A stretch of DNA of 44,058 nucleotides, from positions 1-44,058 of the forward strand of contig JAWXCN010000201.1 in NCBI GenBank assembly GCA_034408725.1, in the 5' to 3' direction. Below are positions 8,537 through 19,743 of this stretch, piece after piece. This DNA comes from Candidatus Hydrogenedentota bacterium. Lineage in GTDB: Bacteria > Hydrogenedentota > Hydrogenedentia > Hydrogenedentales > SLHB01. The notes under the pieces were generated by a model. The model saw only the letters and a program-made list of their open reading frames with translations, was not told the DNA's origin and did no database searches. A program made the position numbers and the translations under genes. Every line of letters starts with the position of its first letter. Within the stretch, counting starts at the first letter, position 1.

Positions 8537-9391
8537 TTATGGTTGAAGGTTCATGCTCGACATCCAGGTAGTGTAAATCCACTGCCCGAAGAGCATGACG
8601 ACAACACCTCCAAACGAGAGGTAGGGACCGAAGGGAATGTAATGTCCACCCTCTTCCCCACCCTTGGACCGTTGAAGAAGTATGAGGGTGTATCCCAGAC
8701 CAGCGCCGGCAAAGGCGGCAATGGCCATGATCATCAACACGCCGGGCCATCCGAAAAATGCTCCGAGCATGGCAAGCAGTTTCACATCACCAAATCCCAT
8801 TCCCCGCTTGCCCAATACCGCGAGCGCCGCCTTGTCCAACAAGTACAGAATCCCGCCGCCGATTAAGACACCCAACAGCGCGCTAAAGATAGGTACACTC
8901 GGTGGGCCGAAAACCACCAACCCGCTTGCGGGGTAAAACATTGTAACGACGGCGCACGCAAGTCCGAGTGGAATGCCCGGATACGTCACTTCGTTCGGGA
9001 TGGTCCAGTCGGTCAAATCCACAAACGTCACCAGCACCAACGCGGCTGCAAGTAGCATGTATACCGGCGTAGCGAGCGTGAGGCCATATTGCAGGAACAC
9101 CGCGGAAAACAGCACGGCCGTAATCGCTTCCACAAGCGGATACTGCCAGCTTATCGGCGTCTTGCAATTGCGGCATTTCGCGCCCAAGAGCAGCCAACTC
9201 ACGATGGGCAAATTGTCATACCACGCGATACTCGTCTCGCACTTCGGGCACCGCGACCGCGGCTTCACAATCGACTCGCCTTTCGGCAACCGGTACACGC
9301 ACACGTTGAGAAAACTTCCCACCATGGCGCCGATGATGAATGAGATGATCGCGATCAGCGTGTTCAGAATTTGTGTGTCGTATTGCGGCAT
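8537..9391 (-). CDS. pilD: Type IV prepilin peptidase / N-methyltransferase
   Basis: GSFLNVCVYRLP, two CxxC pairs (CPKC, CRNC), MGFGDVKL, IPFGPYL; multiple TM segments. Confidence 0.95.
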   Translation of the reverse strand: MPQYDTQILNTLIAIISFIIGAMVGSFLNVCVYRLPKGESIVKPRSRCPKCETSIAWYDNLPIVSWLLLGAKCRNCKTPISWQYPLVEAITAVLFSAVFLQYGLTLATPVYMLLAAALVLVTFVDLTDWTIPNEVTYPGIPLGLACAVVTMFYPASGLVVFGPPSVPIFSALLGVLIGGGILYLLDKAALAVLGKRGMGFGDVKLLAMLGAFFGWPGVLMIMAIAAFAGAGLGYTLILLQRSKGGEEGGHYIPFGPYLSFGGVVVMLFGQWIYTTWMSSMNLQP

Positions 9392-9448
9392 GATTAGTCG
9401 GTTCTTCGCTTGGGGTTAGTAGTTGAGGGATTCCACGAGGCGCCTGAA

Positions 9449-10264
9449 TTACACATTCACGGAAGACCGCGATTTTGTAGCATCAACCAGTGGCTTTACA
9501 AATTCAAAAACTTTTCGGGGTGTTTCAGCCGATTCGCCGTGAATACCAATCAAACGCACGATCGCGCTGCCCACAATCACGCCGTCGGCATATCCGGCGA
9601 CTTCCGCGGCTTGCGCCGCGTTGGATATGCCAAAACCCACCGCGACAGGCGTCGAAGTGTGTCGCTTGATCGACGCTACCATGCCCTGCACCGTGGAGAC
9701 AATATCCGCGCGTTCCCCCGTGACTCCAGTACGCGACACGTAGTATACGAACCCGGTCGAATTCTTGCCGATGATCGCTATGCGTTCGGATGTGCTCGTC
9801 GGGGCCGCTAGAAACACGGTTGCAATGCCATGGGCGTCCATCGCCTTTTTATATTCATCGTCTTCCTCCGGCGGCAAATCGACGCACAACACACCGTCCA
9901 CGCCCGCGGCGTTGCAATCTTCTGCGAATGACTCGGCGCCATAGGCAAGCACCGGATTATAGTACGTGAAAAGCACCACGGGGATTTCCGATGTCTTGCG
10001 CAATTGGCGCACCAATGACACGACGTCGTGCAAAGTTACATGATGAATCAACGCGCGTTGCGAGGCTTCCTGGTTCACGACGCCATCCGCGATAGGATCG
10101 GAAAACGGCACGCCCAGTTCCACAACGTCGCACCCTGCTCGTTCGAGTTCCAACACAATCTTCAGTGTCTGGGCGAGGGTCGGGTCACCGGCGGTTATAT
10201 AGGGAATGAACGCGGTTTCGCCGCGTTGCGCCAACTCCTGGAAACGTGCATCAATGCGGTTCAT
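9449..10264 (-). CDS. trpA: Tryptophan synthase alpha chain
   Basis: [47 protein letters not shown]. Confidence 0.98.
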   Translation of the reverse strand: MNRIDARFQELAQRGETAFIPYITAGDPTLAQTLKIVLELERAGCDVVELGVPFSDPIADGVVNQEASQRALIHHVTLHDVVSLVRQLRKTSEIPVVLFTYYNPVLAYGAESFAEDCNAAGVDGVLCVDLPPEEDDEYKKAMDAHGIATVFLAAPTSTSERIAIIGKNSTGFVYYVSRTGVTGERADIVSTVQGMVASIKRHTSTPVAVGFGISNAAQAAEVAGYADGVIVGSAIVRLIGIHGESAETPRKVFEFVKPLVDATKSRSSVNV

Positions 10265-11502
10265 AGTGCATCGTCCCCTTCCAGCAAAAACCGCGCGGCC
10301 TGATGCACGTCTTTGTCACCGCGTCCCGACATGTTAATGATCACGACTTCGTCTTTTTTCATTTCGGGCACCACTTTTGCCGCGTGCGCAATGGCATGGG
10401 CGCTCTCGAGCGCGGGAATGATACCTTCCAGGCGGCTCGCAAGTTTGAACGCTTCCAACGCTTCGTCGTCATTGGCGTACGCATAGTCCACGCGGCCTAT
10501 GTCGTGCCAGTACGCGTGTTCCGGGCCGATGCTGGGATAGTCCAAGCCGGCCGAAACGCTGTGCGTGCCCATGATTTGGCCGTGCGCGTCCTGCAACACG
10601 TAACTCATCGCGCCATGCAGCATGCCGACCACGCCACCTGCGAACCGCGCAGCGTGCTTGCCACTTGCGGGGCCGTGCCCACCCGCTTCAACACCAATCA
10701 TTTTCACAGCGTCGTCTTTGATGAACTCAAAAAAAAGGCCAATCGCGTTGCTGCCTCCGCCCACGCAGGCAATCAAAAGGTCAGGCAACCGGCCTTCCTG
10801 GGCCATGATTTGTACGCGCGTTTCTTCGCCGATAATTTTCTGAAAGTCGCGGCAAATGACCGGGTACGGATGGGGTCCCTCGACTGTCCCCAACACGTAG
10901 TGCGTATCGGTGATATTGGTGACCCAATCGCGCATGGCCTCGTTAATAGCGTCTTTGAGAGTCTTCGTGCCGGAGTCGACAGGAGTGACTTTTGCCCCCA
11001 ATAATTTCATGCGGAAGACGTTGAGCTTTTGGCGCTCCATGTCCTCTGTGCCCATGTACACTTCGCATTCAAGACCGAGCAGCGCGCAAGCCGTCGCCGT
11101 TGCAACCCCGTGTTGCCCTGCCCCCGTCTCCGCGATGATGCGCTGTTTGCCCATGCGCTTGGCAAGAAGTGTCTGGCCTAGCGCGTTGTTTATTTTGTGC
11201 GCCCCGGTGTGCGCGAGGTCTTCGCGTTTGAAATAGACCTTGGCGCCGCCGAGGTGATGCGTGAGCCTGTTTGCGAAGTAAAGTGGCGTGGGACGTCCAA
11301 CATAGTGTTCACGAAGATTGGCCAACTCGGCCTGGAATACGTCGTCGCGTTGCGCGGTCGCGTACGCGCGTTCGAGTTCCATCAGCGGGTGCATCAGCGT
11401 CTCGGGGACGTATCGCCCGCCGAAACGTCCGTAACGGCCGCGGCTATCCGGAAACGGATACGGCGCGCTTGGCGTTTTCGATGAAGCCTTTGAGCTTGGC
11501 AT
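10261..11502 (-). CDS. trpB: Tryptophan synthase beta chain (start placed at ATG 11502 after GAAGGA)
   Basis: [56 protein letters not shown]. Confidence 0.98.
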   Translation of the reverse strand: MPSSKASSKTPSAPYPFPDSRGRYGRFGGRYVPETLMHPLMELERAYATAQRDDVFQAELANLREHYVGRPTPLYFANRLTHHLGGAKVYFKREDLAHTGAHKINNALGQTLLAKRMGKQRIIAETGAGQHGVATATACALLGLECEVYMGTEDMERQKLNVFRMKLLGAKVTPVDSGTKTLKDAINEAMRDWVTNITDTHYVLGTVEGPHPYPVICRDFQKIIGEETRVQIMAQEGRLPDLLIACVGGGSNAIGLFFEFIKDDAVKMIGVEAGGHGPASGKHAARFAGGVVGMLHGAMSYVLQDAHGQIMGTHSVSAGLDYPSIGPEHAYWHDIGRVDYAYANDDEALEAFKLASRLEGIIPALESAHAIAHAAKVVPEMKKDEVVIINMSGRGDKDVHQAARFLLEGDDAL

Positions 11503-12091
11503 GGTCCTTCTTCCCGGGAGCGGACTCGACCCCGCCCGCCGTATCAACGGCGTAAGGCCGCACTATCCGTACCGCTTCGGCGACGTTTTCCGGCGTCAAC
11601 CCACCTGCGAGAAACAGGGGCTTTCCCAGCGAAACGCCCGCGCGCGCAACGTCCCAATCAAATGTCTTGCCGGTTCCCCCGCGCGCATCCGGCGCGAACG
11701 CGTCCAATAAATACGCGCCGGCCGATTCGTACCCGCGCATTGCCGCGACGTCGAACCCCGGCCTCGCGCGAAAGGCTTTGATCGCGTTCGCCCCGAAGAC
11801 GCTGCACTGCTCTACCGGTTCCTCTCCGTGCAACTGCATGCGATCTAGAAACGTGCGGTATTCGAGCATGCGCTCCGTCGAGTCGTTCACGCACACCGCC
11901 ACTGTAATGACGAACGGTGGAAGCTGTGCGACAATCGCCGCGGCGTCGTCAGGATCAATGTAACGGTTGCGGGCCTTGGCTTCTTCGGCAAAGTTGAACC
12001 CAAGCGCATCCGCGCCGAACTCGCACGCCGCCAGCGCGTCTTCCAACGAGGTAATCCCGCAAATCTTAACCTTTGGAACGTAGCAGTGCAA
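11444..12091 (-). CDS. trpF: N-(5'-phosphoribosyl)anthranilate isomerase
   Basis: [46 protein letters not shown] start. Confidence 0.96.
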   Translation of the reverse strand: MHCYVPKVKICGITSLEDALAACEFGADALGFNFAEEAKARNRYIDPDDAAAIVAQLPPFVITVAVCVNDSTERMLEYRTFLDRMQLHGEEPVEQCSVFGANAIKAFRARPGFDVAAMRGYESAGAYLLDAFAPDARGGTGKTFDWDVARAGVSLGKPLFLAGGLTPENVAEAVRIVRPYAVDTAGGVESAPGKKDHAKLKGFIENAKRAVSVSG

Positions 12092-12146
12092 GGTGAAAGC
12101 CTACCAATACCGGCGTTGCGCACACCAAATGCGTTCAGCGCGCCGC

Positions 12147-12941
12147 TCAAAGTCCATCGCCGAGGCCCAGCAATTCCCGGATTTTTCCGCTTACGTCGCC
12201 GCTTTTGACCAGTGCCTCGCCTACGAGTATGGCGTCAATGCCGCCGTCATCGAGCCGTCGCACGTGTTCGCGGGTATGGATTCCGCTTTCACTGACAAGC
12301 ACATATCCGCCGGGAACATGCTTTTTGAGTTCCAGCGTAATATTGATATCCACGGTGAAAGTCGTCAAATCGCGGTTGTTAATGCCAATAATATGCGCAC
12401 CTGCGCTGATTGCGCGCTCGATCTCTTCCGCGGTATGCGTCTCGACCAACACCGCCATGCCGAGGCGCCGCGCGAGCTGGAGATAGTCTTTGATCTGCTG
12501 ATCGGACAGGCATTTGACAATGAGCAGGATTGCGTCCGCTTCGGCGGCCCGCGCCTCGTAAATCTGGTATTCGTCGATGACGAATTCCTTGCGCAGACAC
12601 GGAATCGGCACCGCGGCATGCACCGCCGACAGGTCGGCGAGCGTGCCCTTGAAAAACTTCTCGTCCGTAAGCACTGAAATTGCCCGCGCGCCGGACTGCT
12701 TATAGACCCCCGCGAGTTCCGCCGGATCGATGTTCTCCATGAACGTGCCGAGCGTGGGCGATGCGCGCTTGACCTCCGCAATCAGGCTGATGCCTTCCTG
12801 CCGCAACGCGCCGCGAAAATCCCGCGGCTTACGGCGTTGTTCGAGGCGCTCTTCGAGTTCGTGCAAAGGTACGCGGTGCTTGGCCTCGTCTACCTCGACG
12901 CGTTTGTGCGCGCAAATCTCGTCCAGGATCATGACCTTCAC
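12147..12941 (-). CDS. trpC: Indole-3-glycerol phosphate synthase
   Basis: IAEVKRASP, AISVLTD, LRKEF, IGINNRDL, SESGI, LVGEAL. Confidence 0.97.
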   Translation of the reverse strand: MKVMILDEICAHKRVEVDEAKHRVPLHELEERLEQRRKPRDFRGALRQEGISLIAEVKRASPTLGTFMENIDPAELAGVYKQSGARAISVLTDEKFFKGTLADLSAVHAAVPIPCLRKEFVIDEYQIYEARAAEADAILLIVKCLSDQQIKDYLQLARRLGMAVLVETHTAEEIERAISAGAHIIGINNRDLTTFTVDINITLELKKHVPGGYVLVSESGIHTREHVRRLDDGGIDAILVGEALVKSGDVSGKIRELLGLGDGL

Positions 12942-12965
12942 CCGTCGCGTGTCACGCCGCGTCCC

Positions 12966-13985
12966 CTACGCGGCACGGTGGGAATCATCCACTAATGCAT
13001 CCAGCTTGGCAAGTGCAGCGCCGCTGTCGATGCTTTCGCTCGCGCGCGCAATGGCATTGAGCCAATCCGCAGCGCCGTCCTCACTCGCGAGAATACCCGC
13101 GGCCGCGTTCAGCAATACGATATCGCGGTGCGGCCCCCGCTTGCCGGTCAAAACGCCGCGCAGAATTTCCGCGTTGACTTCCGCGTCACCACCAAGCAAC
13201 GCGGCACGATCAGCGCCTTGCAGGCCTAGCGCCGCGGGGGCCAATTCGTAGCGGACCACTTTTCCATTTGATGTTTCGGCGACGTGCGTCAATCCGCTGA
13301 GTGTGATCTCATCCAGACCATCAGAACCTGACACAACAAACGCACGCCGCGTACCCAACATTGCCAATACTGCCGCGAGTTTCTCGATTAACCCCGGATC
13401 GGGCACACCTATCACCTGTCCGCAGGCGCCCGCGGGATTCGTCAATGGGCCAAGCAAATTGAACACTGTCCGAATCTTCAATTCCTGCCGCACTGCCGCG
13501 ACATTTTTCATCGCGGTGTGTAGCGACCGCGCAAATAAAAAACCAATGCCAATTTCATCAATGGAGCGGCCTACTTGTCCGGGAGTGGCATTGATGTTTA
13601 CACCCAGTTTCTCGAGCACATCGGCGCTTCCACAAAGGCTGGACGCACTGCGGTTGCCGTGTTTCGCAACGGCGACACCAGCGCCCGCGACAACGAAGGC
13701 CGCGGTCGTGGAAATGTTGAAGGTCCCCGACCGATCGCCGCCCGTGCCGCAGGTATCGATCAGGGGCGTTCTGCTTGTAACAATCGGTGTCGCAAAGGAG
13801 CGCATCGTTTCCGCCAATCCCGCGATTTCCTCTACCGTCTCGCCTTTCATGCGCAGCGCCACGAGAAAACCAGCCATTTGCGCCGGGGTGGCGGTTCCGC
13901 TCATGAGCGCGCGCATCGCTTCGGCAGACTGGGTGCGCGACAGGTCGCGGCCACCGGTAAGCGTTTCGATGAACTCTTCAATCAT
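12966..13985 (-). CDS. trpD: Anthranilate phosphoribosyltransferase
   Basis: DTCGTGGD, FNIST, KHGNRS, GSADVLE, RTVFNLLGPLTNP, DGLDEI. Confidence 0.97.
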   Translation of the reverse strand: MIEEFIETLTGGRDLSRTQSAEAMRALMSGTATPAQMAGFLVALRMKGETVEEIAGLAETMRSFATPIVTSRTPLIDTCGTGGDRSGTFNISTTAAFVVAGAGVAVAKHGNRSASSLCGSADVLEKLGVNINATPGQVGRSIDEIGIGFLFARSLHTAMKNVAAVRQELKIRTVFNLLGPLTNPAGACGQVIGVPDPGLIEKLAAVLAMLGTRRAFVVSGSDGLDEITLSGLTHVAETSNGKVVRYELAPAALGLQGADRAALLGGDAEVNAEILRGVLTGKRGPHRDIVLLNAAAGILASEDGAADWLNAIARASESIDSGAALAKLDALVDDSHRAA

Positions 13986-13995
13986 TGAAAGTAGC

Positions 13996-15363
13996 CTAGA
14001 GCCAACCGTAGCTCAGGCATATCGCCGCGAACGACAGGGCCAGGAAAAACCCGAGCATGTCCGTAAAGGTGGTCAGAATGGGCGATGCCGCAAGGGCCGG
14101 ATCGATACCGATTCGACGAATGGTGAGCGGTATCAGGCCGCCTAGGCAGACCGAAAGCAGCGTATTTACGGCAAGGGCCATACCCACAACCAGCGCCAGC
14201 ACGATGCTGCCCTTCCAAATGAATGCCACCGCGGACAACATAAATCCGAGCGCAAATCCATTAATGATGCCGACCTGCGCTTCTTTCCACCACACGCGGA
14301 GAAAATCGCGTGGCTGTACGAGCCCAAGCGAAAGTTCACGAATACTGACTGCAACAGACTGATTGCCCGAGCAGCCGCTCATGTCCGAAAGTATCGGCAA
14401 AAATACCGCCAGCGCGATGACGGCCTGCAAAGTTTCTTCATACACCGCAATTACGCTGGCCGAAATCAGGTTGAGTAATATGTTGACCGAGAGGAATGCT
14501 AATCGGCGGGAAGAACGAATTCTTACGGGCATGCTGCGAAGTTCATCACCGCCGATAATACCCGCGAACCGCTGAAACGTATTCATCGCGGCTTCGCCAC
14601 TGGCTTTTTGAACGTCCGCTCGTTGCACGACGCCAACAAGCCGTTTGAAGTTGTCCACGACCGGCACGCCAAAAAAGATGTGACGGCTGAAAAATTGCGC
14701 GAGGTCGCTTAACGTATCGGTGTCGCGCACCTGAAACGGGTTGCCGATGGCAATGGCGGACAACGGCGTATGGCCGGGCGACAACACGAGATCGCGCAGC
14801 CGCACCACGCCTTCGAGCACGCCTGTCTCGGAAATCACGTATACATATTGCACCGCATAGTCGGAATACCGCTCGGCGTTCGACCGGAGATCGTGTAACA
14901 CGTCGTCAATCGTCAGTTTCGCGTTGTACGCGAGATACTCGGTGATCATCAGGCCGCCAGCCGTTTTCTGGCCGTAAGCGAGAAGCGCGCGCGCGTCTTC
15001 CGCCTCGTCGGGCCTCATCTCTTTGAGGATCGCTTCAAGATCGAGCTTGTCCAGCTCGTGCATGATATCGACCCGCTGATCGCTGTCAATCTCGTCCAGA
15101 ATTGCCGCGGCCTTACCCGCCGGCAACTCTTCCAAAAGATCGGCGCCCTGTGACTCGTGCAGCTCCTCGAGCAAGTCGGCGGCGTCTTCGGGTTCGAGCA
15201 GGATCAAGAGCTGCCCTCGCGTCGAATCGTCGAGCATCGTCAACGCACGCGCCAACTCCGGCGGCGATAACGTGGCAAGATAGTCCGCCAAACCTTCGCG
15301 ATCAGCCACTTCGATAATTTGCGCAATCCGCTTCCACGGGTCCACTGCCGCCAGCTCCGCCAT
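13996..15363 (-). CDS. mgtE: Magnesium transporter MgtE (start placed at ATG 15363 after GGAG)
   Basis: Acidic N-domain, TAGGLM plus CBS pair, TM region with GCSGNQ and DPALAASPILTTFTD. Confidence 0.94.
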   Translation of the reverse strand: MAELAAVDPWKRIAQIIEVADREGLADYLATLSPPELARALTMLDDSTRGQLLILLEPEDAADLLEELHESQGADLLEELPAGKAAAILDEIDSDQRVDIMHELDKLDLEAILKEMRPDEAEDARALLAYGQKTAGGLMITEYLAYNAKLTIDDVLHDLRSNAERYSDYAVQYVYVISETGVLEGVVRLRDLVLSPGHTPLSAIAIGNPFQVRDTDTLSDLAQFFSRHIFFGVPVVDNFKRLVGVVQRADVQKASGEAAMNTFQRFAGIIGGDELRSMPVRIRSSRRLAFLSVNILLNLISASVIAVYEETLQAVIALAVFLPILSDMSGCSGNQSVAVSIRELSLGLVQPRDFLRVWWKEAQVGIINGFALGFMLSAVAFIWKGSIVLALVVGMALAVNTLLSVCLGGLIPLTIRRIGIDPALAASPILTTFTDMLGFFLALSFAAICLSYGWL

Positions 15364-16278
15364 ATACGCTCCAAAGTCATGGGTAGAAAAACGACCGAGT
15401 GTATCAAACATGCCCAACAAACGGAAAAAACGCCGCATCCCGCGTTAATGGCGACCTTCCACCTGATTCCCATTCTCTCGCATGTTTCTCATTTTCTCTC
15501 CCTTCCTTGCCCCGGAATCCATACTAGAATACAGCCGCTGTTTCCGGCAGTGGCTTTCAGCAACTTTCAATATCGAGCAAATCTTGGAAGGTGGTACTTC
15601 TTGCGGCACAACTTTCTATCTTGTGTTCAAGCAATCTGGAGTTCATCTTTTCTTCGGCGCACCGCGACTTACAGTCCTGTGTTTCTGGTGATGATATTGA
15701 GTTCCGGTTTGACCTGTTTGCGTTTCGTGTCCATGCAGAACGCGCAATTCCAGGATGTCAACGCTGAATGGCGTAAGGCAACCATTAATGCTTACGTGTT
15801 TACGAACCGCGATTTCTTTGTACGGGAAGGAATCGTCCTCGCGGATGAAGAAACGCCCATGCTTTGGCACAATGGCGTCGGCATCCTGCCGATTTACGGT
15901 TCACCGATCGAGAATTCCATTCGCATAACCGCAGCCATATTGAATCAATCAAATAACCCCGTCACACTGGATTTCCAAAGCATCCGCATTCAACCCGACC
16001 GCCGCAGGCGCTCATCCCTTGCCCCTCAACTACCGGATAAGACCACGCTAAACTATAAGTTGGCCCCAATCACGATTGATCAAGAAACGCACGACGCTAT
16101 GGCCGATGAAACCCTTCTCCTCACATCCCCAATCACCATTGGTCCGAACATGGCAGCAATCATCAAAGGCTATCTCGAAGCACCCACCCAGGACGACATC
16201 CGAGGCGAAATCGTCATTGTGACAGTTCTAACTTCAACAGGCGAAACGATCGCCTGGAGAGGAAAACTCAAGAATTAG
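15319..16278 (+). CDS. Hypothetical, probably exported protein; true start likely well downstream (about 15600-15700)
   Basis: Long ORF filling the mgtE-proS gap; a hydrophobic segment (PVFLVMILSSGLTCL) precedes a beta-rich region; no recognisable motif. Confidence 0.5.
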   Translation: MRNPLPRVHCRQLRHIRSKVMGRKTTECIKHAQQTEKTPHPALMATFHLIPILSHVSHFLSLPCPGIHTRIQPLFPAVAFSNFQYRANLGRWYFLRHNFLSCVQAIWSSSFLRRTATYSPVFLVMILSSGLTCLRFVSMQNAQFQDVNAEWRKATINAYVFTNRDFFVREGIVLADEETPMLWHNGVGILPIYGSPIENSIRITAAILNQSNNPVTLDFQSIRIQPDRRRRSSLAPQLPDKTTLNYKLAPITIDQETHDAMADETLLLTSPITIGPNMAAIIKGYLEAPTQDDIRGEIVIVTVLTSTGETIAWRGKLKN

Positions 16279-16349
16279 GCGCGACTTAGCGGACTTTCGC
16301 CGGCAACGTGTTTTCGTTGCCAGTGGCTGTCCCCATAACGCACCGCGCT

Positions 16350-18059
16350 TCATACGGCCGCGATCTGAAATGAGACCCAAGCTTTGACATCCGTTCGGTC
16401 CATTGTGCCGGACTCCCCGGTAAAGCGATTCTTCCACTCGATCTTGTTTTCCTTAAGATTGCGTTCGCTGACAACGAGGCGCAACGGCACACCCAGCAAA
16501 TCGGCATCCGCAAATTGCACGCCGGGGCGTTCATCGCGATCGTCGTAGATGACTTCGTATCCTGCGGCGGTCAGTCCGGCATACAGTTCTTCCGCCGTTT
16601 CCTTGACGCCTGGCGCCGTTAGTTTCAGTGCGTTCAAATGCACCTGCCACGGCGCAACGGACATCGGCCACTTCGGCCCGTACTGGTCCCGATGCACTTC
16701 CATGATCGAACTCATCAGACGTCCGATGCCGATGCCGTAGCAACCCATGATCGGCACACAGGTCTGCTGCGCCTCGTCGCTATAGGTCATGCCCATCGCC
16801 TCGGTGTATTTCGTGCCAAGCTGGAATATGTTGCCCACTTCGATGCCGCGTTGCAGCGTGATGACTCCATTGCCGTCCGGTGTCCGGTCGCCATCTTTCA
16901 CGGCGCAGATATCCACCGTGCTCACTCCGGGCAGATCACGCGCCAGATTGAAATTGGTGTAGTGAAAACCTTCTTCGTTGGCGCCTGCTACGAGGTTGTT
17001 AGATTCCGCCACCGTATGATCGACGACGATCCGCCATTTCGCCGCGTCAAGGCCCATCGGCGACGCGTACCCCGGTTCCGCGCCGCCCGCCCGAATCCGG
17101 GCATCGCTCGCGGGCGCAGGCGGAATCTGAATGATCTTCGCAAGCTTCATCTCGTTCACATCGCGATCGCCGCGAATCAGCGCCACCACGGGCCGGCCTT
17201 CCGCGTCATTCTCGTAAAACACCGCCTTGGCTGTCTGCCGCGTCTCTATCCCCAGGAATTGCGCCACGTCCTCGATAGTCTTCCTGTCCGGCGTCGCAAC
17301 TTTTTCGAGCGGATTCTCATCCGCGGGAAATGCCTCGATTTTGCCAGTGGCAACTTCAAGGTTTGCGAAATAATCCGTATCGGCACAGGTCGCGATTGTG
17401 TCCTCCCCCACTTCGGTCAGCAGGATAAATTCATGCGCGATTTTTCCGCCCATCATTCCCGTGTCCGACGCAACCGCGACCACCTGCGGCAGGCCGGCCC
17501 GCTGGAAGATGCGTTCATACGCCGCGTAGCACTTCTCGTAGTACGCTTCGAGGTCTTCCGCTGTGCGATGGAACGAGTAGCCGTCCTTCATCGTAAACTC
17601 GCGCACGCGGATGAGTCCGCCGCGCGACCGTGGTTCGTCCCTAAACTTGGTCTGGATTTGATACACCATGAAAGGCAACTGCGCGTAGCTGTGAATCTCG
17701 TTGCGGCACAAATGCACGACGCCTTCTTCGTGCGTCATCGCAAGCACCATATCGTGTCCCGCGCGATCCTTGAACCGCGCCAGCTCCGGCCCGACGCCAT
17801 TGTATCTTCCGGACTCGTCCCACAACTCGCGCGGCTGAACAAGCGGCATCAACACCTCCTGCCCCCCGATGCCATCCATTTCTTCGCGCACAATACGCTC
17901 GATCTTGCGAATCACGCGCAATCCAGCCGGTAGCAGCGAATAAATACCGTTCGCGACCTGGCGCGCATATCCCCCGCGCAACAACAGCGCGTGACTCTCC
18001 AGCGTCGCTTCCGCGGGCCGCTCTTTGTACCGATGACCAACCAATTGACTCATGCGCAT
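16350..18059 (-). CDS. proS: Proline--tRNA ligase (bacterial type with INS editing domain)
   Basis: THEE, YQIQTKFRDEPRSRGGLIRVREFTMKD, GIEVGNIFQLGTKY, MGCYGIG, DDRDERPGVQFADADL. Confidence 0.98.
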   Translation of the reverse strand: MRMSQLVGHRYKERPAEATLESHALLLRGGYARQVANGIYSLLPAGLRVIRKIERIVREEMDGIGGQEVLMPLVQPRELWDESGRYNGVGPELARFKDRAGHDMVLAMTHEEGVVHLCRNEIHSYAQLPFMVYQIQTKFRDEPRSRGGLIRVREFTMKDGYSFHRTAEDLEAYYEKCYAAYERIFQRAGLPQVVAVASDTGMMGGKIAHEFILLTEVGEDTIATCADTDYFANLEVATGKIEAFPADENPLEKVATPDRKTIEDVAQFLGIETRQTAKAVFYENDAEGRPVVALIRGDRDVNEMKLAKIIQIPPAPASDARIRAGGAEPGYASPMGLDAAKWRIVVDHTVAESNNLVAGANEEGFHYTNFNLARDLPGVSTVDICAVKDGDRTPDGNGVITLQRGIEVGNIFQLGTKYTEAMGMTYSDEAQQTCVPIMGCYGIGIGRLMSSIMEVHRDQYGPKWPMSVAPWQVHLNALKLTAPGVKETAEELYAGLTAAGYEVIYDDRDERPGVQFADADLLGVPLRLVVSERNLKENKIEWKNRFTGESGTMDRTDVKAWVSFQIAAV

Positions 18060-18210
18060 GACACAACGGGACTCCTATGGTTCGTGTTGGAAAACCGCCC
18101 CGCAGGATTACGCGGCGACGGCCCGATAGTATCGCAAAAGGAACGCCCGCCCCGCTACTGAAATCCGCGTTGACTCCCCTTCGCGCCGTGCCGCACACTG
18201 TGAACCTTCA

Positions 18211-19743
18211 ATGGACCAAAGGGGCTACAGCGTGCGCAACGGAGTTCTGATAGGCATCGACGCCGGCACGACTGTGTTCAAAGCGGCTGCTTTCGACGCG
18301 CGATCAGGCAAGGTCCTTGCCCTCTCTCAGCACCCCTTGGCCGTCATTTCCTCGAAACCTGGCTGGCGGGAAACACCCATCGCTGCTCTGAACAACGCGC
18401 TCGATGTCACCATGCGTGAACTTCGGGTCCATGTTGGCGCACGATGGAAAAATGTCACCGCTATCGGAATCGCCGCGCAAGGCGGCAGCACCATCGTCGT
18501 AGATCGAACATCCCGCAAGCCGTTCACCAACATGATCCTCTGGAGCGACGCGCGTGGCAACGAGTGTAGTCGCGTAGAACGCAAGCGCAAAACTGAGGCA
18601 TGGTGGCGCGCAAGAATGCTGAACAATTGGATGCCCGCGGGACTCGGTCGCCTCAAATGGCTTATCACGAACCATCCTGAACTGTGCAAAAGCAAAAACG
18701 CCATGTTTATCGGCGCGGGCGAATACCTCTATCATACCTTCACCGGCCGTTGGTTTCAGGACCGTGGAAGCGCATTACAGATCGGGACCTATTCGCCATC
18801 CACGGGAAAACTGGGCACCGGGCCTATCGTCTCACTGATACCGTCGCTTCGGGAAAATCAGTTTGCACCATTGCGCAAAACTAACGCCACGCACCCATTG
18901 AGCCTAGCCGCATCCGCGCGCTTTTGCCTGCTCAACTCAAACCTCATCGTGGCTGGCCCATATATGGATCAGGAAGCAGGCTTGCTATCGGTTTCTGGTG
19001 TCTCAACGAATCCATTGCAGATATCGCTTGGCACGGCTTGGGTAGGGAATTTTAAAATCTCGAAACATGGGCTTGGCTTCGCTGGACTCCAATTTGTCGT
19101 CCGGGGAGCAGATAAGGACGACCGCATAGTCATCCTCCCGTTACTCACCGGCAACTCCGCGTGGGATTGGGCGCTCGCGCAATTCGCGGGATCGCGCAAA
19201 AAGAACACATTGCAAGCCGCCGACCAAATTTTCCGAGAATCACTACTCCCCCCGGATGGGATGGTCTGCATCCCCTGGCTCATGCAGGCAAATCCCATAG
19301 ACAGTGCATATCAGGGTGCGGGCACGTTCTTCGGCGTTAGTGCCGATACCACTGCCGCCGATTTCTTGCGCGCGGTCTCCTGCGGCATGTGCTTTGAACT
19401 TTTTCGCGTGTTTCAAACTCTGAAAGACGCGCGCAAAATCGATTCAGTGATTTTGTCCGGCGGCGCCGCAAAGGGCGCACATTTTCAAAATCTCATTGCG
19501 ACCCTGTTCGCCCCACTACCCGTATACGTGCAACGAAATGAAGACACCGCCGCCGCCAGAGGCGCGTTGGTAGCTTTTAATGCCACCATGACCAAAAGCC
19601 CGGTGACGCGCATCTCCGCATTACGCGGTAAAGCCGCGGTCGCGATCATCACCGCCTACGACACATATTTGAACACCTACGCCGCCTGCACTGGAAAACA
19701 CCCACTTGGCGTCCCCTATACCTTCACGAAAGAAAAGCGATGA
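18211..19743 (+). CDS. FGGY-family carbohydrate kinase
   Basis: IGIDAGTTVFKA, ILWSDARG, ISLGTA, LSGGAAK, AARGA. Confidence 0.88.
   Translation: MDQRGYSVRNGVLIGIDAGTTVFKAAAFDARSGKVLALSQHPLAVISSKPGWRETPIAALNNALDVTMRELRVHVGARWKNVTAIGIAAQGGSTIVVDRTSRKPFTNMILWSDARGNECSRVERKRKTEAWWRARMLNNWMPAGLGRLKWLITNHPELCKSKNAMFIGAGEYLYHTFTGRWFQDRGSALQIGTYSPSTGKLGTGPIVSLIPSLRENQFAPLRKTNATHPLSLAASARFCLLNSNLIVAGPYMDQEAGLLSVSGVSTNPLQISLGTAWVGNFKISKHGLGFAGLQFVVRGADKDDRIVILPLLTGNSAWDWALAQFAGSRKKNTLQAADQIFRESLLPPDGMVCIPWLMQANPIDSAYQGAGTFFGVSADTTAADFLRAVSCGMCFELFRVFQTLKDARKIDSVILSGGAAKGAHFQNLIATLFAPLPVYVQRNEDTAAARGALVAFNATMTKSPVTRISALRGKAAVAIITAYDTYLNTYAACTGKHPLGVPYTFTKEKR

Noticed and set aside
13303-14145. 280-aa plus-strand ORF and similar long ORFs opposite aroC, trpB and the sigma54 activator
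   Set aside because: GC-rich antisense shadows of well-supported genes.
16638-17933. 431-aa plus-strand ORF
   Set aside because: Antisense shadow of proS.
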